Positions 12,100 to 30,871 of a stretch of 64,000 nucleotides of DNA are shown piece after piece. Every line of letters begins with the position of its first letter. The first letter of the stretch is position 1. The position numbers and the translations under genes are program-made. The notes beneath the pieces were generated by a model. It had not been told where the DNA came from and did no database searches. It worked only from the letters and a program-made list of their open reading frames with translations. This stretch comes from Octopus vulgaris (taxonomy: Eukaryota): the NCBI GenBank assembly GCA_951406725.2, contig OX597831.1, forward strand, positions 46,190,001 to 46,254,000, in the 5' to 3' direction.

Positions 12100-14420
12100 T
12101 TGATCGTTCTACTGTGCGTAAGTGTGCTTGCATTTGTTGATCGTTTTTTGAGAAGAGTTTCAAGCCACTCATATAAAGTAGATGATTAACTGTTTTTCCA
12201 CTCACGTTGTAACCATACTTTCTTTCATTCAGGAGTTTACTTAGAGGAAAATTAGTGCTAAGTAGAATAACAAAGGAGGTAAGAGACTCCTTGAAAGATT
12301 CCACGTTTAATGTTGAGTCTACATATGTATTTGTAGAGACAGTGTTTAAAATTAATGTCGTTTCTACAGAGCTCCATGGCATGAGATACAAAAACCCTGA
12401 TTAATGGTGAAATTTTGAATATCTCAAAGCGTCATTTTTACTTAGCTGTGAGGAAGACTATCAAAAGTCTTTTGTACTCTAGATTTTCTGGTTATTAGTG
12501 AAATTTTGAACAACTCCGGGCATTTATTTATAAAGGTGTGAAGAGGACGATCAATGGCTGTCTTGTAGTCTATCCAGCCTACTGAGAGATGTTTTCCTGT
12601 TGTGATAATGTTCAAAAATCATTCTGAGTTTTTTTTTTTCATCAGGGAAGATGTTGTTAATGAGAAAATTATATGTATGTTTATTAGGAGATATATATAT
12701 GGGTATTGTACATTGTTGAAAGTCAGGTTATAGGCCTGTACTAGTTAGGGGTTTCTGTTTAATTTTTTTAGAGAGTAAAAAGATCATACCATTGACCAGC
12801 CATTGTGGTGTCGTCTGCGATTCTTTCATAATTGCGTAGTACAACACGTTAGTTTCTTGTGTGAGTTTGTAAACATATTGAACCAGTAGTTTGGGATCTT
12901 ATCCATAGCAGATGACTTTTTAAATGCGTGTCTAACACCTAGTATACTTATCTCTTACCATATTTACTCTTCAATAAGCTCAGTATCTTCTTTTTGTCTA
13001 TTAATCCATAGGATGTCATAGTTGTGCTACTTTTCATCTACAAAAATTTTCTTCTAGAATTCCAGTATTTCATGCTGTGAGTGGACTTCTATTTTGATGG
13101 TGCTTTTTCCAATATGCCAGTAGAACATCTTTGGATTATTAGGAAACATGCGGTTATCTTTGAAGAAACTGGACTGTTTTCGATGTGGCCTATATGCGTG
13201 GTTTCGCCTTCACTTTTTGATTTATCTTCTTCACCACTCCACGAGATTGGTGTTCTAACTTTAATTCGAACTTTTACACTATCTTTCTCTTCTTAGAAGG
13301 TTTTATATTTTGATTGTTGCTTAGGTTTTTCTGTTTCTATAATAGCTCAGAGACCATTGATTTGATTTGTGATCATTATTTTCTTGCCTGTTGGTCTTTC
13401 ATAAGGTTTTGTCACTCTCTTTTTCAGTTTTGCGTCTTAGATTTTGGTGTAGATTATAGCAGCAGTATAGTGTACGCCATTCAACGATATGCTGTTTATG
13501 TTGGATTTGAGGGCTGTTTTCACCTGGCAGATAATTTTGCATTTTCATTTTTTACTATTGTGAATCTTAGGAATGTCACTGCGTTCTTCATGTTCACAGT
13601 TTTGGATTTTGATCCATTCATCGATCATTTCTTCTTCGAGCTCTTTCGGTTCCATTGCCTATATTATTTAAATTGTTGATCGTCTCTTTAGTATGCTCAT
13701 CTGCAATGGCACGATCAGAGAGAATATTAAGGTTGTATCTAGTTATATGTCGTGTCGTTTATAACTTCTTGCAAAGATTTTTCTTCTATGACTGACAGTC
13801 TTTGCCTGTTGATTTGCGAGCTGTAATCGCTAGTTCGCTCCTTAGAACTGATTCATACATTTTCCATTATCGTTTTACGTCGGTTAACAATTTCTGTTTA
13901 CAATATTTCTTCGTACATTTACAAGCTTGTTGCTGTCTATGTTCATTCTTGTGTTAGGATTCTTTTCCATATAGAATGATTATGCTTGTTCAGAGTTTGA
14001 GACGTCTGTTGATTGATACATGACTATGTAGCAAGACTCAATAGCCCGTTTATTATCTCCTTTGGACCATTTCTCTCTTTTGATTTCATTGGTGCTTGTA
14101 GGTTTTGGGCTTGGAGGGCCTTGAGAAAGACTTGTTCTGTTGTGGGAGACCTCCAGACTCATATTGCTGGGAAGGAATCTCTTGTTCACCTGGGCGACGA
14201 TTGATCCGATATAGATGATGCATCGTTGAGTTTTGGCTTGTGGCCATTAAAACAACATTGGGATTAGGAGACGAGTCTGTTTGTTTCGAGTTAACTTTTG
14301 GACAGAACACCGCCTCCGAGTCCTTTGAATGGATGTGTTTCTCATATCGTAATCGCAAGAGTCTTACAGAGCGAATTTTGGTTGACATAACTCCAGGCAT
14401 GACAGATTAGTGGTGATTTA
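12100..14420 (-). mobile_element. R4/Dong-type LINE remnant, copy B
   Basis: Paralogous to copy A, with a 59-bp internal deletion at 12480/12481. Confidence 0.75.
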
Positions 14421-15246
14421 AACTAAAGGATTAATTGCTTCTTTTGCGTGTGTTGCTGCTAAGTCGCTTTGTTTTTGTTTTGTTCTACTTCGCTTGCGTC
14501 ACGTGTTTTGCGTGTGTGTGTGTGTATGTGTGTGTTTGCATGTGCATATGAATATGCGCGTGCGAGCGTGTGTTGTGCGTCGTGTGTACATGTGTGTATG
14601 TGTGTGTGTGTATGTGTGTTTGGTGAGATACAGGAAGAAAACAATAATTTTCTGTCGTCCAACCCATGTAAGGGAAATAAATCCACGTGCTTGAATTATG
14701 AACTACAAATCATGCATAATTTATCTTATACGTAAGATGTTCTTTTTGTTTTTATTTACTTCCCTGAGATACTCTACGTGCAACTCTTCCACATCAGTAA
14801 TATTTGATTCCTTTGAGTCTTTTAAACTAAAGTACATAGCATGCTCATTTGATGAGTGCAAGCTCAGAATCATATGTATATATTTATATATATATATATA
14901 ACTTAATTGGAAATGGATTCGTGGCCCTGTTTTTGTTACCACTTTAACCCTCCGCAAATTCCAAATTTTATTTAATTTGCTTTGCAGGAACGACTGTTTT
15001 AACGAAGTAGGGGAGTAGATAAAACAGGGTCAACTGATGAACGGATTGCTCTGTATGTCGCCTGCCTCGTTTCTTTATTTGTTTCTTTCGTTGTTCGAAA
15101 AAAAGTTCGTTTTCCATGTTTTAATTATGTTCTCGTTTTTCCATTTTCACAATTTTTTGACGTCCTGTATTTTAACCCATATATGCATGTATATATACAT
15201 ATATGTAGGTATGTACATATATGTATGTATATATGCATATATATAT

Positions 15247-16010
15247 CACATGAGTGATGACGCGACCTTTCATGTACATGTTGCTAAACTGACAATGAAA
15301 TGTAGACGGCTGGCTGGATGGATTCTTAGAACCTTTAGAACAAGAGAACAAGAAACCATGATGGTCCTCTGGAAGACACTTGTCCTAAGCCACTTTGACT
15401 ATTGCTCTCAGCTATGGTCACCATCCAGTGTCAAGTTGATCACAGAACTTGAGGCGATCCAACGAAGCTACACAAAGAAGATAGCCTCTATGCAGAATGT
15501 AAGCTACTGGGAAAGACTCAAAAGATTAAAATTATATTCCCTGGAGCGTAGGCGGGAAAGATATGCCATAATATACATCTGGAAGATCCTGGAGGGAAGT
15601 GTCCTGAACTTTGGCATCGAGAGTTACGCAAATGCCAGAACTGGGCGCCACTGCGTGGTGCCTAGGACTCCAAACCTGCCATCAAGATGTAGGACAAGAT
15701 TCTGTGATAGCCTGGTCTTCCGAGGCCCACAGCTCTTCAATATCCTCCCGAATAACCTGAGAGACCTGCATGGGGTGGATACAGATGTCTTTAAAATGAA
15801 GCTGGATCTCTTCCTGTCAGGTGTCTCAGATGAACCAACTTCACGGCAGGAGGGGCAGATGAGGGCAGCTGCATCGAACTCACTCATGCACCAAATAGCA
15901 GTTGCTAGAAAGCCTCCATGAAGTGAAACCAAGTAGCAACACCAAATGGCGGTGCCCCAGCATGGCCACAGCTCATAAGCTGAAACTAGAATCAATCAAT
16001 CAATCAATCA

Positions 16011-16014
<4 letters not shown>
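15247..16014 (+). mobile_element. 5'-truncated CR1-group LINE 3' end with (ATCA)n tail
   Basis: Open C-terminal ORF2 segment (LVLSHFDYCSQLWSP, LEAIQRSYTK, YWERLKRLKLYSLERRRER) with a stop at 15921, then a 3'UTR and (atca)n tail. Inserted in a (TA)n tract, in unit 2 only. Confidence 0.88.
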
Positions 16015-16086
<72 letters not shown>

Positions 16087-16607
16087 TAGATAAATGGTAC
16101 CACAAGGCACCAATACTTACTGGAAAATAGCAATCGATATAAATACGACGCTATTGTATAGCTTCACTGCATATATACAAGCTAAGTCGCGCGCGCGCTT
16201 GTATGTGTGTGTGCAACAAACATGAAAGAAATTTGTCTTACCTCTAGGAAGAACATTCGATAAATGGACAACCTAGTATCGGATAATGCAAGAACGGTTT
16301 CTAACTCTTCAAATACGATTGTCAACGTAAATTTGATTAGTCTTCATCAGCTGCATTTACCTCGACAAAATTTCAAATGTTGCCACATCAATGCCAGTAC
16401 ACTCGTCTGAACACCAAAACGTTAACAGAACGAGAATAATGAAGACGTTTTAATGAAAATAATAATGCAAAGGCTGGATATTGTGGGGCTCGTTGCAGTT
16501 TGATTATCATAGAACTTATAAGTTTGCAAGCGATGTAAAGTAGAGCTACTGAAGTGTTTTGGGAGTAGATTACGGATAATGTCTACAAAATCTTACAAGA
16601 TATCAGA

Positions 16608-16653
<46 letters not shown>

Positions 16654-16756
16654 ACCATCTATCTAACCATCTATCTAACCATCTATCTATCCATCCATCC
16701 ATCCATCCATCCATCCATCCATCCATCCATCCATCCATCCATCCATCCATATATAT

Positions 16757-16842
<86 letters not shown>

Positions 16843-16920
16843 CAGGTATCGGTTTATTCGATTTATTCTTAATAAGATAATTCATTCAACTACTCAAATA
16901 TATATATATATATATAAATA

Positions 16921-17310
16921 TACTCTTTTTACTCTTTTACTTGTTTCAGTCATTTGACTACGGCCATGCTGGAGCACCGCCTTCAATCGAGTAACTCGAC
17001 CCCGGGACTTATTCTTTTGTAAGCCCAGTACTTAATCTATCGGTCTCTTTTGCGGAACCACTAAGTAACGGGGACATAAACACACCAGCATCGGTTGACA
17101 AACACAGACACACAAACACGCACACGCATATATATATACATATATACGGCGGGCTTCTTTCAGTTTCCGTCTACCAAATCCACTCACAAGGCTTTGGTCG
17201 GCCCGAGGCTATAGTAGAAGACACTTGCCCAAGGTGCCACGCAGTGGGACTGAACCCGGAACCATGTGGTTGGTAAACAAGCTACTTACCACACAGCCAC
17301 TCCTGCGCCT
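16921..17310 (-). mobile_element. tRNA-derived SINE
   Basis: Minus-strand head aggcgcaggagtggctgtgtggtaag...ggttcagtccc (Pol III A/B boxes), then gcaccttgggcaagtg. Tail made of gagtaaaa repeats. Unit 2 only. Confidence 0.85.
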
Positions 17311-17364
<54 letters not shown>

Positions 17365-17399
17365 TTCATACATGCATATATATACATAGATACACACAC

Positions 17400-17434
<35 letters not shown>

Positions 17435-18002
17435 GACACACATATATATACATATATAATACATCAAGAATAACTATTGTTTCTTTGATAAAAAAATTAA
17501 AAACTCGTATAGGAATGTCCCATCAGAAGGCGACTAACAATTTATCAAATACTTTAAAATACTAAAAATATGTTATGCTGGAAAAGTTGAGAAAGGGGGT
17601 AAACAAATAAAGAATAAATCGACTAATAAGTTATATTTACTTCACCCACACCATGAGTAAAACTTCTTTTTTCAAATAAAAATATACGTCCACACAAAAT
17701 ATATTACTTCATGAGTAAGGATTCACCAATTGAATTAAACGTGATGTTCGAAAATATAAGAACCAAGATACTGTGGCTTATAGCCAGCTGGAAACGAGGT
17801 TTCCTGTGGCTAAATAATAGTTACAGTCGTCCCTTCCAGGACAGCCACATTATGTTGGCAAATAGCTTTTACTTTGAATAACTTTTATTGAACATCTCTC
17901 TTTTAGAGACATAGAAATAATGCTTATACATACATACATACATACATACATACATACATACATACATACATACATACATACATACATACATACACACATA
18001 CA

Positions 18003-18036
<34 letters not shown>

Positions 18037-18057
18037 CATACTTATATATATATATAT

Positions 18058-18120
<63 letters not shown>

Positions 18121-18661
18121 CTAGCAAACGCACCTGTCCTTTGGACGGTTTAAGTTGCTTTCGTGGTTTATTTTACAACAAATAATTGAACTACCGAGAA
18201 GGTTTATGTATAGGATGGCAATCTGTTACCGACTAACCTGGGAACGGAAAATCAAATTGTAGGCTGGTTATTATGGAGGTCGTTGCACTTTGATTATCAT
18301 AGAACATATAAGTTTGCAAGCGATGTAAAGTAGAGCTACTGAAGAGTTTTGGGAGTAGATTACGGATAATGACTACAATATATACAAGATAGCAGATATT
18401 TTGCAAAATGTATTTCACGGACTAATACATGCTCACTAGCTGTGAAAGGATAATAAATTATAAGACACACAAGTACATATAACTACCAAATGCGGTGTGT
18501 GTTACATGTTGCATTCGATAGTATATGTTCCTATATTTTTGTCGTTTTATATGTCGGAACGTGTGATTATTCTTGTATAATGCATTTAATCGCTATTGAA
18601 AGCTAATTACCCCAACATAGCAAGGCCAACTCAAGAGAAATTTGATCGAAAGAAATAATTA

Positions 18662-20318
<1,657 letters not shown>

Positions 20319-20823
20319 AATAATTAAATATGATGATGCCCTAATGTGTGTATCTACTAATTTTGAAGTCTCGTATAAGCTCGTGTAAGCACATACAGTT
20401 CCATCCAAAATGGACGCGATTACCAGCATCCAAAAGGCAGAGCTTGAAAAATCGCCTTTGAGAAGACACTATTGAAACAATGTTGCTCCATAAATAAATT
20501 ATATATATGTATATTCAGACACACAGTACTCACCAAAAAGCTTTTAATTAGTTCAGTGTAGTTACATACTCTGATTGTTTTATTTATTTTATTATAACGC
20601 TTAAATGTTTAGGTAAAATTATTTTACATGTTGAATATTTTAAACTGGGAAGAACTTGCCATGTTCATTTCAGGTGAAATGTTTCCTTTGCGAAAAGATA
20701 TAAGGTGACGAATTCATTGAGTTTCGATATTTTGTTTTTATTTAGCTGTGAGGAAGACTATCTAAAGTCTTTTGTACTCTATCCATGCCACTGAGAGATG
20801 TCTTTTCCTGATATGATGTTTTT

Positions 20824-21882
20824 TCACGTGTGAAATACAAGCTGGAAAGTGTTGTGAAACAAAGCAAGTATTTCCTTACGAAACTGCCGATTGAAAACTC
20901 CGTAAATACACGGATTAAGAACAGAGCTGATATAAAAAGAATTATTTAAGAATTTGTGAATTACACGTTCTTTATCACTTGCAACGAATTCAAAATCTTT
21001 AACAAACAACCACCAGAATGCTCCAATGAAATGTGGTATGTAACCGATTATCCAGACCAAGGTGATGAGAAAGAATATTAAATTGGACCGAGCTGGTGGT
21101 ATTTTACGACGGTCAAAATAGATGCTACTACTATCTGTAGACTGACCTGACTTAAGTTTGGAACTGTTACGAGTTGTGGTTTCACGAAACTGATCTGCTC
21201 TTATTTTCTTAATTTTGTAAATTCTCCAAATGCGTATTCCAATTAATAAGTATATAATCAAAAGAATCATAAACAAACAAGAGCAAATGGATGTCAGAGT
21301 AGTATAATAGACTAAAGAATATATTGTGCCATTTATATAAGGAGAAAGTTCACACACTTCTCCAATATTTCCACATTGTTCCACCCTTGTGTTTTGTCTG
21401 CCGTATACAAAATATGATGGTGTAGACAAAATAAACGCCAAGATTGTTAAAAATGCTAGAATTTGTTTTGAATTATTAGCGGAAATATTTTGCTTAAGAG
21501 GTCGACATATGAGAATGTATCTATCGACAGCTATAAGAAACACAATGAAAGCTGAATTAATTACTGCTACAGCTGCCACACCACGTATCACACGACATGC
21601 AGCATCATTGTGAAATGTGTAGGAAAAATGTAGAACTACAATGTCTATAGGTATACATATTATGCAAGTTAGAAAATCACACACCGCGAGTGCTATAATG
21701 AACAAATGCGTGGCTGTCTCATTAAATTTATAATAGTATATATATGATACGAAGCAATTTCCAATTGCTCCAAGTGCCATTGAAATTCCGAGATACATTA
21801 TCACTGGAAAATAAACATCCACCATTCTAGTATTTAGTTCTACTGAAATACTAGCACAAATGTCACTATTGTTTTGCTCCAT
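20824..21882 (-). CDS. Class A GPCR, array copy 2 (352 aa)
   Basis: Same motifs as copy 1, with about 21 amino-acid differences by eye and the same VFHT* C-terminus. Confidence 0.92.
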   Translation of the reverse strand: MEQNNSDICASISVELNTRMVDVYFPVIMYLGISMALGAIGNCFVSYIYYYKFNETATHLFIIALAVCDFLTCIICIPIDIVVLHFSYTFHNDAACRVIRGVAAVAVINSAFIVFLIAVDRYILICRPLKQNISANNSKQILAFLTILAFILSTPSYFVYGRQNTRVEQCGNIGEVCELSPYINGTIYSLVYYTTLTSICSCLFMILLIIYLLIGIRIWRIYKIKKIRADQFRETTTRNSSKLKSGQSTDSSSIYFDRRKIPPARSNLIFFLITLVWIIGYIPHFIGAFWWLFVKDFEFVASDKERVIHKFLNNSFYISSVLNPCIYGVFNRQFRKEILALFHNTFQLVFHT

Positions 21883-22165
21883 TTTCTTAATATTGTTTGA
21901 AACTTTGAGGACAGTGTCCTGATTTGCAATGGTATTCCTCGTAATTCCTGGAACGAAAAAAATGCTGGTTTGTAACTATTTAATTTTCCATAAACTCTGA
22001 AATAAGCTTTACATCGAGAGTTAAGTAAACAAAGACGTGTACAAAATCAAGAAATACGTTTATCATATATCAATTATACATGATATTTATGAACGAATAT
22101 TTGTGGATATACAGTGAAATTGTTAAATATTAAGCGTTTATCACAATTATCAATAAATAGGATAC

Positions 22166-23821
<1,656 letters not shown>

Positions 23822-25909
23822 CGTGCTGGACTTGTTAAATGTTCGACATCAATCATATATTGGGAAGAGTAGTAAATGAACCATATAAGTATGTGCTTGT
23901 GTGTATGTGTGTGTTCGTTTTTAACGGTTGAATCTGAAGTAGATGAAGCTGTAAATAATAGTATATAGATATTAGGTTAAAAATACCATTTGGGAGGAAG
24001 ACGTGGCAGGCTACCCTTGGGTCTCGAACCTACACGTATTGCAAAACATGATATAGGTTCTGCCATTGAAACAAAGTAATATTTTCTAAACTTTGTTCTT
24101 ACCAGCGAGAACTGCATGTTTTTGACATCATAAAAATTTAGAAATTTGAAGATAATGTGAAATAATTCGTTTTTTACATTTGAAGTGAAAGTAGATAAAG
24201 TTATAAATAATAGCGTATAAATATTGACTTAAGGAACACTGGGTAGAAAAAGCCGAAAGTATGTATGTATGTATGCCATTATTCAGTTTTATTTCACGAT
24301 TTCTTGCCATTAGAGAAAGAGCCGGTTTCTAACCTAGATTCAAGATTCCTTGATTGAGATTTCGACATGAAGCTATTTTTGCATGTATGTATCTATACAT
24401 GCATATTTGTATGTATGTATGTATGTATGTATGTATGTATTATGAAAACCATTTTATTTGACATCAAGGAATTGATTGTTTTCCAAGAAGAAAGTTACGT
24501 TTGATCCCACTGGCTTCTCGAATTCTTTAACAATACGAGTGTTTAGTAGATTAGGTGGTAATTCACCGTGAGCAACTTATTTCCCTCTTCATAATAGTCG
24601 GAACTGTCTAACACAGCTCCTCCATCACGTTGATGGCTTTCTAAAAGTTTTAGGAGAGGGCTACAGTACAGATGTTATTTATTTTGATTTCAGTCAAGTT
24701 TTTCACAAAGTCTACCACAGAATTCCGCTGAAGAAATTATCCACCTTTAGAGTCCGTGGTAAGCTACAGCAGTGGATGACATATTTTCTGACAAATAAGA
24801 CTCGATATTTTGTGGCTCATGCAATTTAAACAAGAGTAATAATTAGTGGTGTTCCCCAGGGTATTATGTTAGGCCCACTTCCGTTTAATGTTTACATAAA
24901 CAACTTGAAAATGCAAGCAAGCAAAAGTAAAGAACAATTTTAGAAACTGGGCTGACACAGTGGGACAGAAAACGTTCAGGAACAAGGCCTGGATCCAGTG
25001 AATTCCCCCAGAGATTGCCAGGAGAAGACGCAAATTGATTCTTGCACAGTTTCAGGATAATAAAAGAGAGAAATCTGTCGGGTTAAATGGAGTTAAATTT
25101 TATTAAAGCCACAAGCAATACGTCACTTGAGATAACGTAATACTTTTCTCTAAAGAGAGTCTTGTGAGAGAATGATGGAATGTTACGGGCATATAATAAT
25201 AGAATATACATAAACGCATAGTTTAACAAACCTAGTAAAAATATATAGAAACGAGGTTTATGCTTCAGAGAATATACCGAAACATTTTCATATAATAACA
25301 GAAATATATATAAACAAAGAATTTAACTAACCTTGTAAAAATATATAAAATCGATGTCTACGCTTCAGAGAATATACCGAAAAATGTAGGGAAATCAAAA
25401 TGATGTTGAAATTATTTGCAACTGTAATATATTTTCACGAGAGAGAACGCTATTACTCTAGAAACGGCTATTATTCTGTCCGCATGCACTAAGGACGTTC
25501 TCTGTTTTCCTCGATTTCTAAACTATCAAGTTTCTGTAAAGAAGAAAAACAGAACATTCCATAAATTACTTCCAGATGGTAAATAATTTCATTTTAAATT
25601 TTAATGAATGTCTCTCTTCGTAATCCATCCAATTAATAAGTTGCAGATTATATGATGCTGAATTTTTCGAAAACAAATGAAATAGCACTCTACATGATTA
25701 ATATGTACTAGAAATTATAAAAGCATCGTAACAGATTAAAACAGATTGAATATAAGAATTTTAAGCATATTCTTTTTTGTAGTTCCTAATTTCATATTCA
25801 AATTTCTAGTCCCGCCTCGTGTTGTGAGGGAATAGTTATTTTCCTTGTTCTAACGACCACTGCCAGAGGGAACAACATGTATTTTATCAAATGTCTGCCC
25901 TTGTGATTT

Positions 25910-28295
25910 ATTGATCGTTCTACTGTGCGTAAGAGTGCTTGTATTTGTGAATCATTTTTGAGAAGAGTTTCAAGCCACTCATATAAAGTAGATGATTAAC
26001 TGTTTTTCCACTCACGTTGTAACCATACTTTCTTTCATTCAGGAGTTTACTTAGAGGAAAATTAGTGCTAAGTAGAATAACAAAGGAGGTAAGGAGACTC
26101 CTTGAAAGATTGCATGATTAATATTGAGCCTACATTTATATTTGTTGAGACAGTGTTGAGAATTAATGTCGTTTCGACAGAGCTCCATGGCATGAGATAC
26201 AAAAACCCTGATTAATGGTGAAATTTTGAATATCTCAAAGCGTCATTTTTATTTAGCTGTGAGGAAGACTATCAAAAGTCTTTTGTACTCTATCCATGCC
26301 ACTGAGAGATGTCTTTACCTGATATGATGTTTTTTCACGTGTGAAATACAAGATTTTCTGGTTACTAGTGAAATTTTGAACAACTCCAGGCATTTATTTA
26401 TAAAGCTGTGAAGAGGACGATCAAAGGATGTCTTGTAGTCTATCCAGCCTACTGAGAGATGTTTTCCTGTTGTGACAATGTTCAGAAATCATTCTGTGTT
26501 TTTTTTTGTTCATCAGGGAAGATGTTGTTAATGAGAAAATTATATATATGTTTATTAGGAGAGATATATATGGGTATTGTACATTGTTAAAAGTCAGGTT
26601 ATAGGTCTGTAGTAGTTAGGGGTCTTTGTTTCATTTTTTTAGAGAGTAAAAAGATCATACCATTGGCCAGCCATTGTGGTGTGGTCTGCGATTCTTTCAT
26701 AATTGCGTAGTACAACACGTTAGTTTGTTGTGTGAGTTTGTAAACATATTGAACCAGTAGTTTGGGATCTTATCCATAGCAGATGACTTTTTAAATGCGT
26801 GTCTAACACCTAGTATACTTATCTCTTACCATATTTACTCTTCAATAAGCTCAGTATCTTCTTTTTGTCTATTAATCCATAGGATGTCATAGTTGTGCTA
26901 CTTTTCATCTACAAAAATTTTCCTCTAGAATTCCAGTATTTCATGCTGTGAGTGGACTTCTATTTTGATGGTGCTTTTTCCAATATGCCAGTAGAACATC
27001 TTTGGATTATTAGGAAACATGCTGTTATCTTTGAAGAAACTGGACTGTTTTCGATGTGGCCTATATGCGTGGTTTCGCCTTCACTTTTTGATTTATCTTC
27101 TTCACCACTCCACGAGATTGGTGTTCTGACTTTAATTCGAACTTTTACACTATCTTTCTCTTCTTAGAAGGTTTTATATTTTGATTGTTGCTTAGGTTTT
27201 TCTGTTTCTATATTAGCTCAGAGACCATTGATTTGATTTGTGATCTTTATTTTCTTGCCTGTTGGGCTTTCATAAAGTTTTTCACTCTCTTTTTCAGTTT
27301 TACGTCTTACATTTTGGTGTAGATTATAGCAGCAGTATAGTGTACGCCATTCAACGATATGCTGTTTATGTTGGATTTGAGGGCTGTTTTCACCTGGCAG
27401 ATTATTTTGCATTTTCATTTTTTACTAGTGTGAATCTTAGGAATGTCACTGCGTTCCTTCATGTCTACAGTTTTGGATTTTGATCCATTCATCGATCATT
27501 TCTTCTTCGAGCTCTTTCGGTTCCATTGCCTATATTATTTAAATTGTTGATAGTCTCTTTAGTATGCTCATCTGCAATGACACGATCAGAGAGAATATTA
27601 AGGTTGTATCTAGTTATATGTCGTGTCGTTTATAACTTCTTGCAAAGATTTTTCTTCTATGACTGACATAGTCTTTGCCTGTTGATTTGCGAGCTGTAAT
27701 CGCTGGTTCGCTCCTTAGAACTGATTCATACATTTTCCATTATCGTTTGACGTCGGTTAACAATTTCTGTTTACAATATTTCTTCGTACATTTACAAGCT
27801 TGTTGCTGTCTATGTTCATTCTTGTGTTAGGAGTCTTTTCCACATAGAATGATTATGCTTGTTCAGAGTTTGAGACATCTGTTGATTGATACATGACTAT
27901 GTAGCAAGACTCAATAGCCCGTTTATTATCTTCTTTGGACCATTTCTCTCTTTTGATTTCATTGGTGCTTGTAGGTTTTGGGCTTGGAGGGCCTTGAGAA
28001 AGACTTGTTCTGTTGTGGGAGACCTCCAGACTCATATTGCTGGGAAGGAATCTCTTGTTCACCTGGGCGACGATTGATCCGATATAGATGATGCATCTTT
28101 GAGTTTTGGCTTGTGGCCATTAAAACAACATTGGGATTAGGAGACGAGTCTGTTTGTTTCGAGTTAACTTTTGGACAGAACACCGCCTCCGAGTCCTTTG
28201 AATGGATGTGTTTCTCATATCGTAATCGCAAGAGTCTTACAGAACGAATTTTGGTTGACATAACTCCAGGCATGACAGATTAGTGGTGATTTAAA
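25910..28295 (-). mobile_element. R4/Dong-type LINE remnant, copy C
   Basis: Paralogous to copy A. Confidence 0.75.
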
Positions 28296-29196
28296 CTAAA
28301 GGATTAATTGCTTCTTTTGCGTGTGTTGCTGCTAAGTCGCTTTGTTTTTGTTTTGTTCTACTTCGCTTGCGTCACGTGTTTTGCGTGTGTGTGTGTGTAT
28401 GTGAGTGTTTGCATGCGCATAAGAATATGCTCGCGCGAGCGTGTGTTGTGTGTCGTGTGTACATGTGTGTTATTGTGTTTGTGTATGTGTGTTTGGTGAG
28501 ATACAGGAAGAAAACAATAATTTTCTGTCGTCCAACCCATGTAAGGGAAATAAATCCCCGTGCTTGAATTATGAGTTACAAATCATGCATAATTTATCTT
28601 ATACGTAAGATGTTCTTTTTGTTTTTATTTACTTCCCTGAGATACTCTACGTGCAACTCTTCCACATCAGTAATATTTGATTCCTTTGAGTCTTTTAAAC
28701 TAAAGTACATAGCATGCTCATTTGATGAGTGCAAGCTCAGAATCATATATATTTATTTATATATATACATTTATATATATATAACTTAATTGGAAATGGA
28801 TGCGTGGCCTTGTTTTTGTTACCACTTTAACCCTCCGCAAATCCCAAATTTTATTTAATATGCTTTGCAGGAACGACTGTTTTAACGAAGTAGGGGAGTA
28901 GATAAAACAGGGGTCAACTGATGAACGGATTCCTCTTTATGTTGCCTGCCTCGTTTCTCTATTTGTTTCTTTCGTTGTTCGAAAAAGAGTTCGGTTTCCA
29001 TGTTTTATTAATTGTTCTCGTTTTTCCATTTTCACATTTTTTTAACGTCCTGTATTTTAACACATATATGCATGTATATATAAATATATGTAGGTATGTA
29101 CATATATGTATGTATATATGCATATATGTATTATTTATATTATATATATATATATGTCTGTATGTATGTATGTATGTATGTATGTATGTATGTATG

Positions 29197-29234
<38 letters not shown>

Positions 29235-29767
29235 TAGTTAATTGGTACCACAAGGCACCAATATTTACTGGAAAATAGCAATCGATATAAATACGACGCT
29301 ATTGTATAGCTTCACTGAATATATACAAGCTAAGACGTGCGCGCGCTTGTATGTGTGTGTGCAACAAACATGAAAGAAATTTGTCTTACCTCTAGGAAGA
29401 ACATTCGATAAATGGACAACCTAGAATCGGATAATGCAAGAACGGTTTCTAACTCTTCAAATATGTCTGACAACGTAAATTTGATTAGTCTTCATCAGCT
29501 GCATTTACCTAGACAAAATTTCAAATGTTGCCACGTCTATGCCAGTACACTCGTCTGAACGCCAAAACGTTAACAGAACGAGAATAGTGAAGACGTTTCA
29601 ATGAAAATAATAATGCAATACAAAGGCTGGATATTGTGGGGCTCGTTGCAGTTTGATTATCATAGAACATATAAGTTTGCAAGCGATGTAAAGTAGAGCT
29701 ACTGAAGTGTTTTGGGAGAAGATTACGGATAATGTCTATAAAATCTTACAAGATATAAGATATCAGA

Positions 29768-29858
<91 letters not shown>

Positions 29859-30754
29859 ATTTATATGTATATATATATATACACACATAAACATTCATAC
29901 ATGCATATATATACATACACACACACACACACACACACACAGACAGACACACACACACACATATATACATATATAATACGTCAAGAATAACTATTGTTTC
30001 TTTGATAAAAAAATAAAAACGCATATAGGAATGTCCCATCAGAAGACGACTAACAATTTATTAAATACTTTAAAATACTAAAAATATGTCATGCTGAAAA
30101 AGTTGAGAAAGCGGGAAAACAAGTAAAGAATAAATCGACTAAAAAGTTATATTTACTTCACCCACACCATGAGTAAAACTTCTTTTTTCAAATAAAAATA
30201 TACGTCCACACAAAATATATTACTTCAGGAGTAAGGATTCACCAATTGAATTAAACATGATGTTCGAAAATATAAGAACCAAGATACTGTGGCTTATAGC
30301 CAGCTGGAAACGAGGTTTCCTGAGGCTAAACAATAGTAACAGTCGTCCCTTCCAGGACAGCCACATTATGTTGGCAAATAGCTTTTACTTTGAAGAACTT
30401 TTACTGAACATCTCTCTTTTAGAGACATAGAAATAATGCTTATACATACATACATGCATACATACATACATAGATACATACATACATACATACATACATA
30501 TATTTTGTTCGTCTTGAGGCTGATAGAAGTATGCAGTCTTCGAAACATGTGCTGAGAGTAAAGGAATTTTGTTAAAATCTTCGTTCGGCTCCATTCTTTC
30601 ATTTATTCATATAAAAAAACACACAAATTACCACACAAGAACACGGTGTTTCTGCCTTTGGCATGTAGCTTCAACCGTGTTTTCTGAAGTGAATTTGCTA
30701 CCCAGGTATCGATTAACCGAATTATCAATACTAAGATAATTCATTCACATACTT

Positions 30755-30803
<49 letters not shown>

Positions 30804-30833
30804 ATTCTAATATATATACCTGTACATCATCTC

Positions 30834-30871
<38 letters not shown>

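Noticed and set aside
15037-15246. N-terminal part of the 294-aa ORF as a host-LINE fusion gene
   Set aside because: A chance in-frame low-complexity flank ahead of a truncated CR1; no coding signature.
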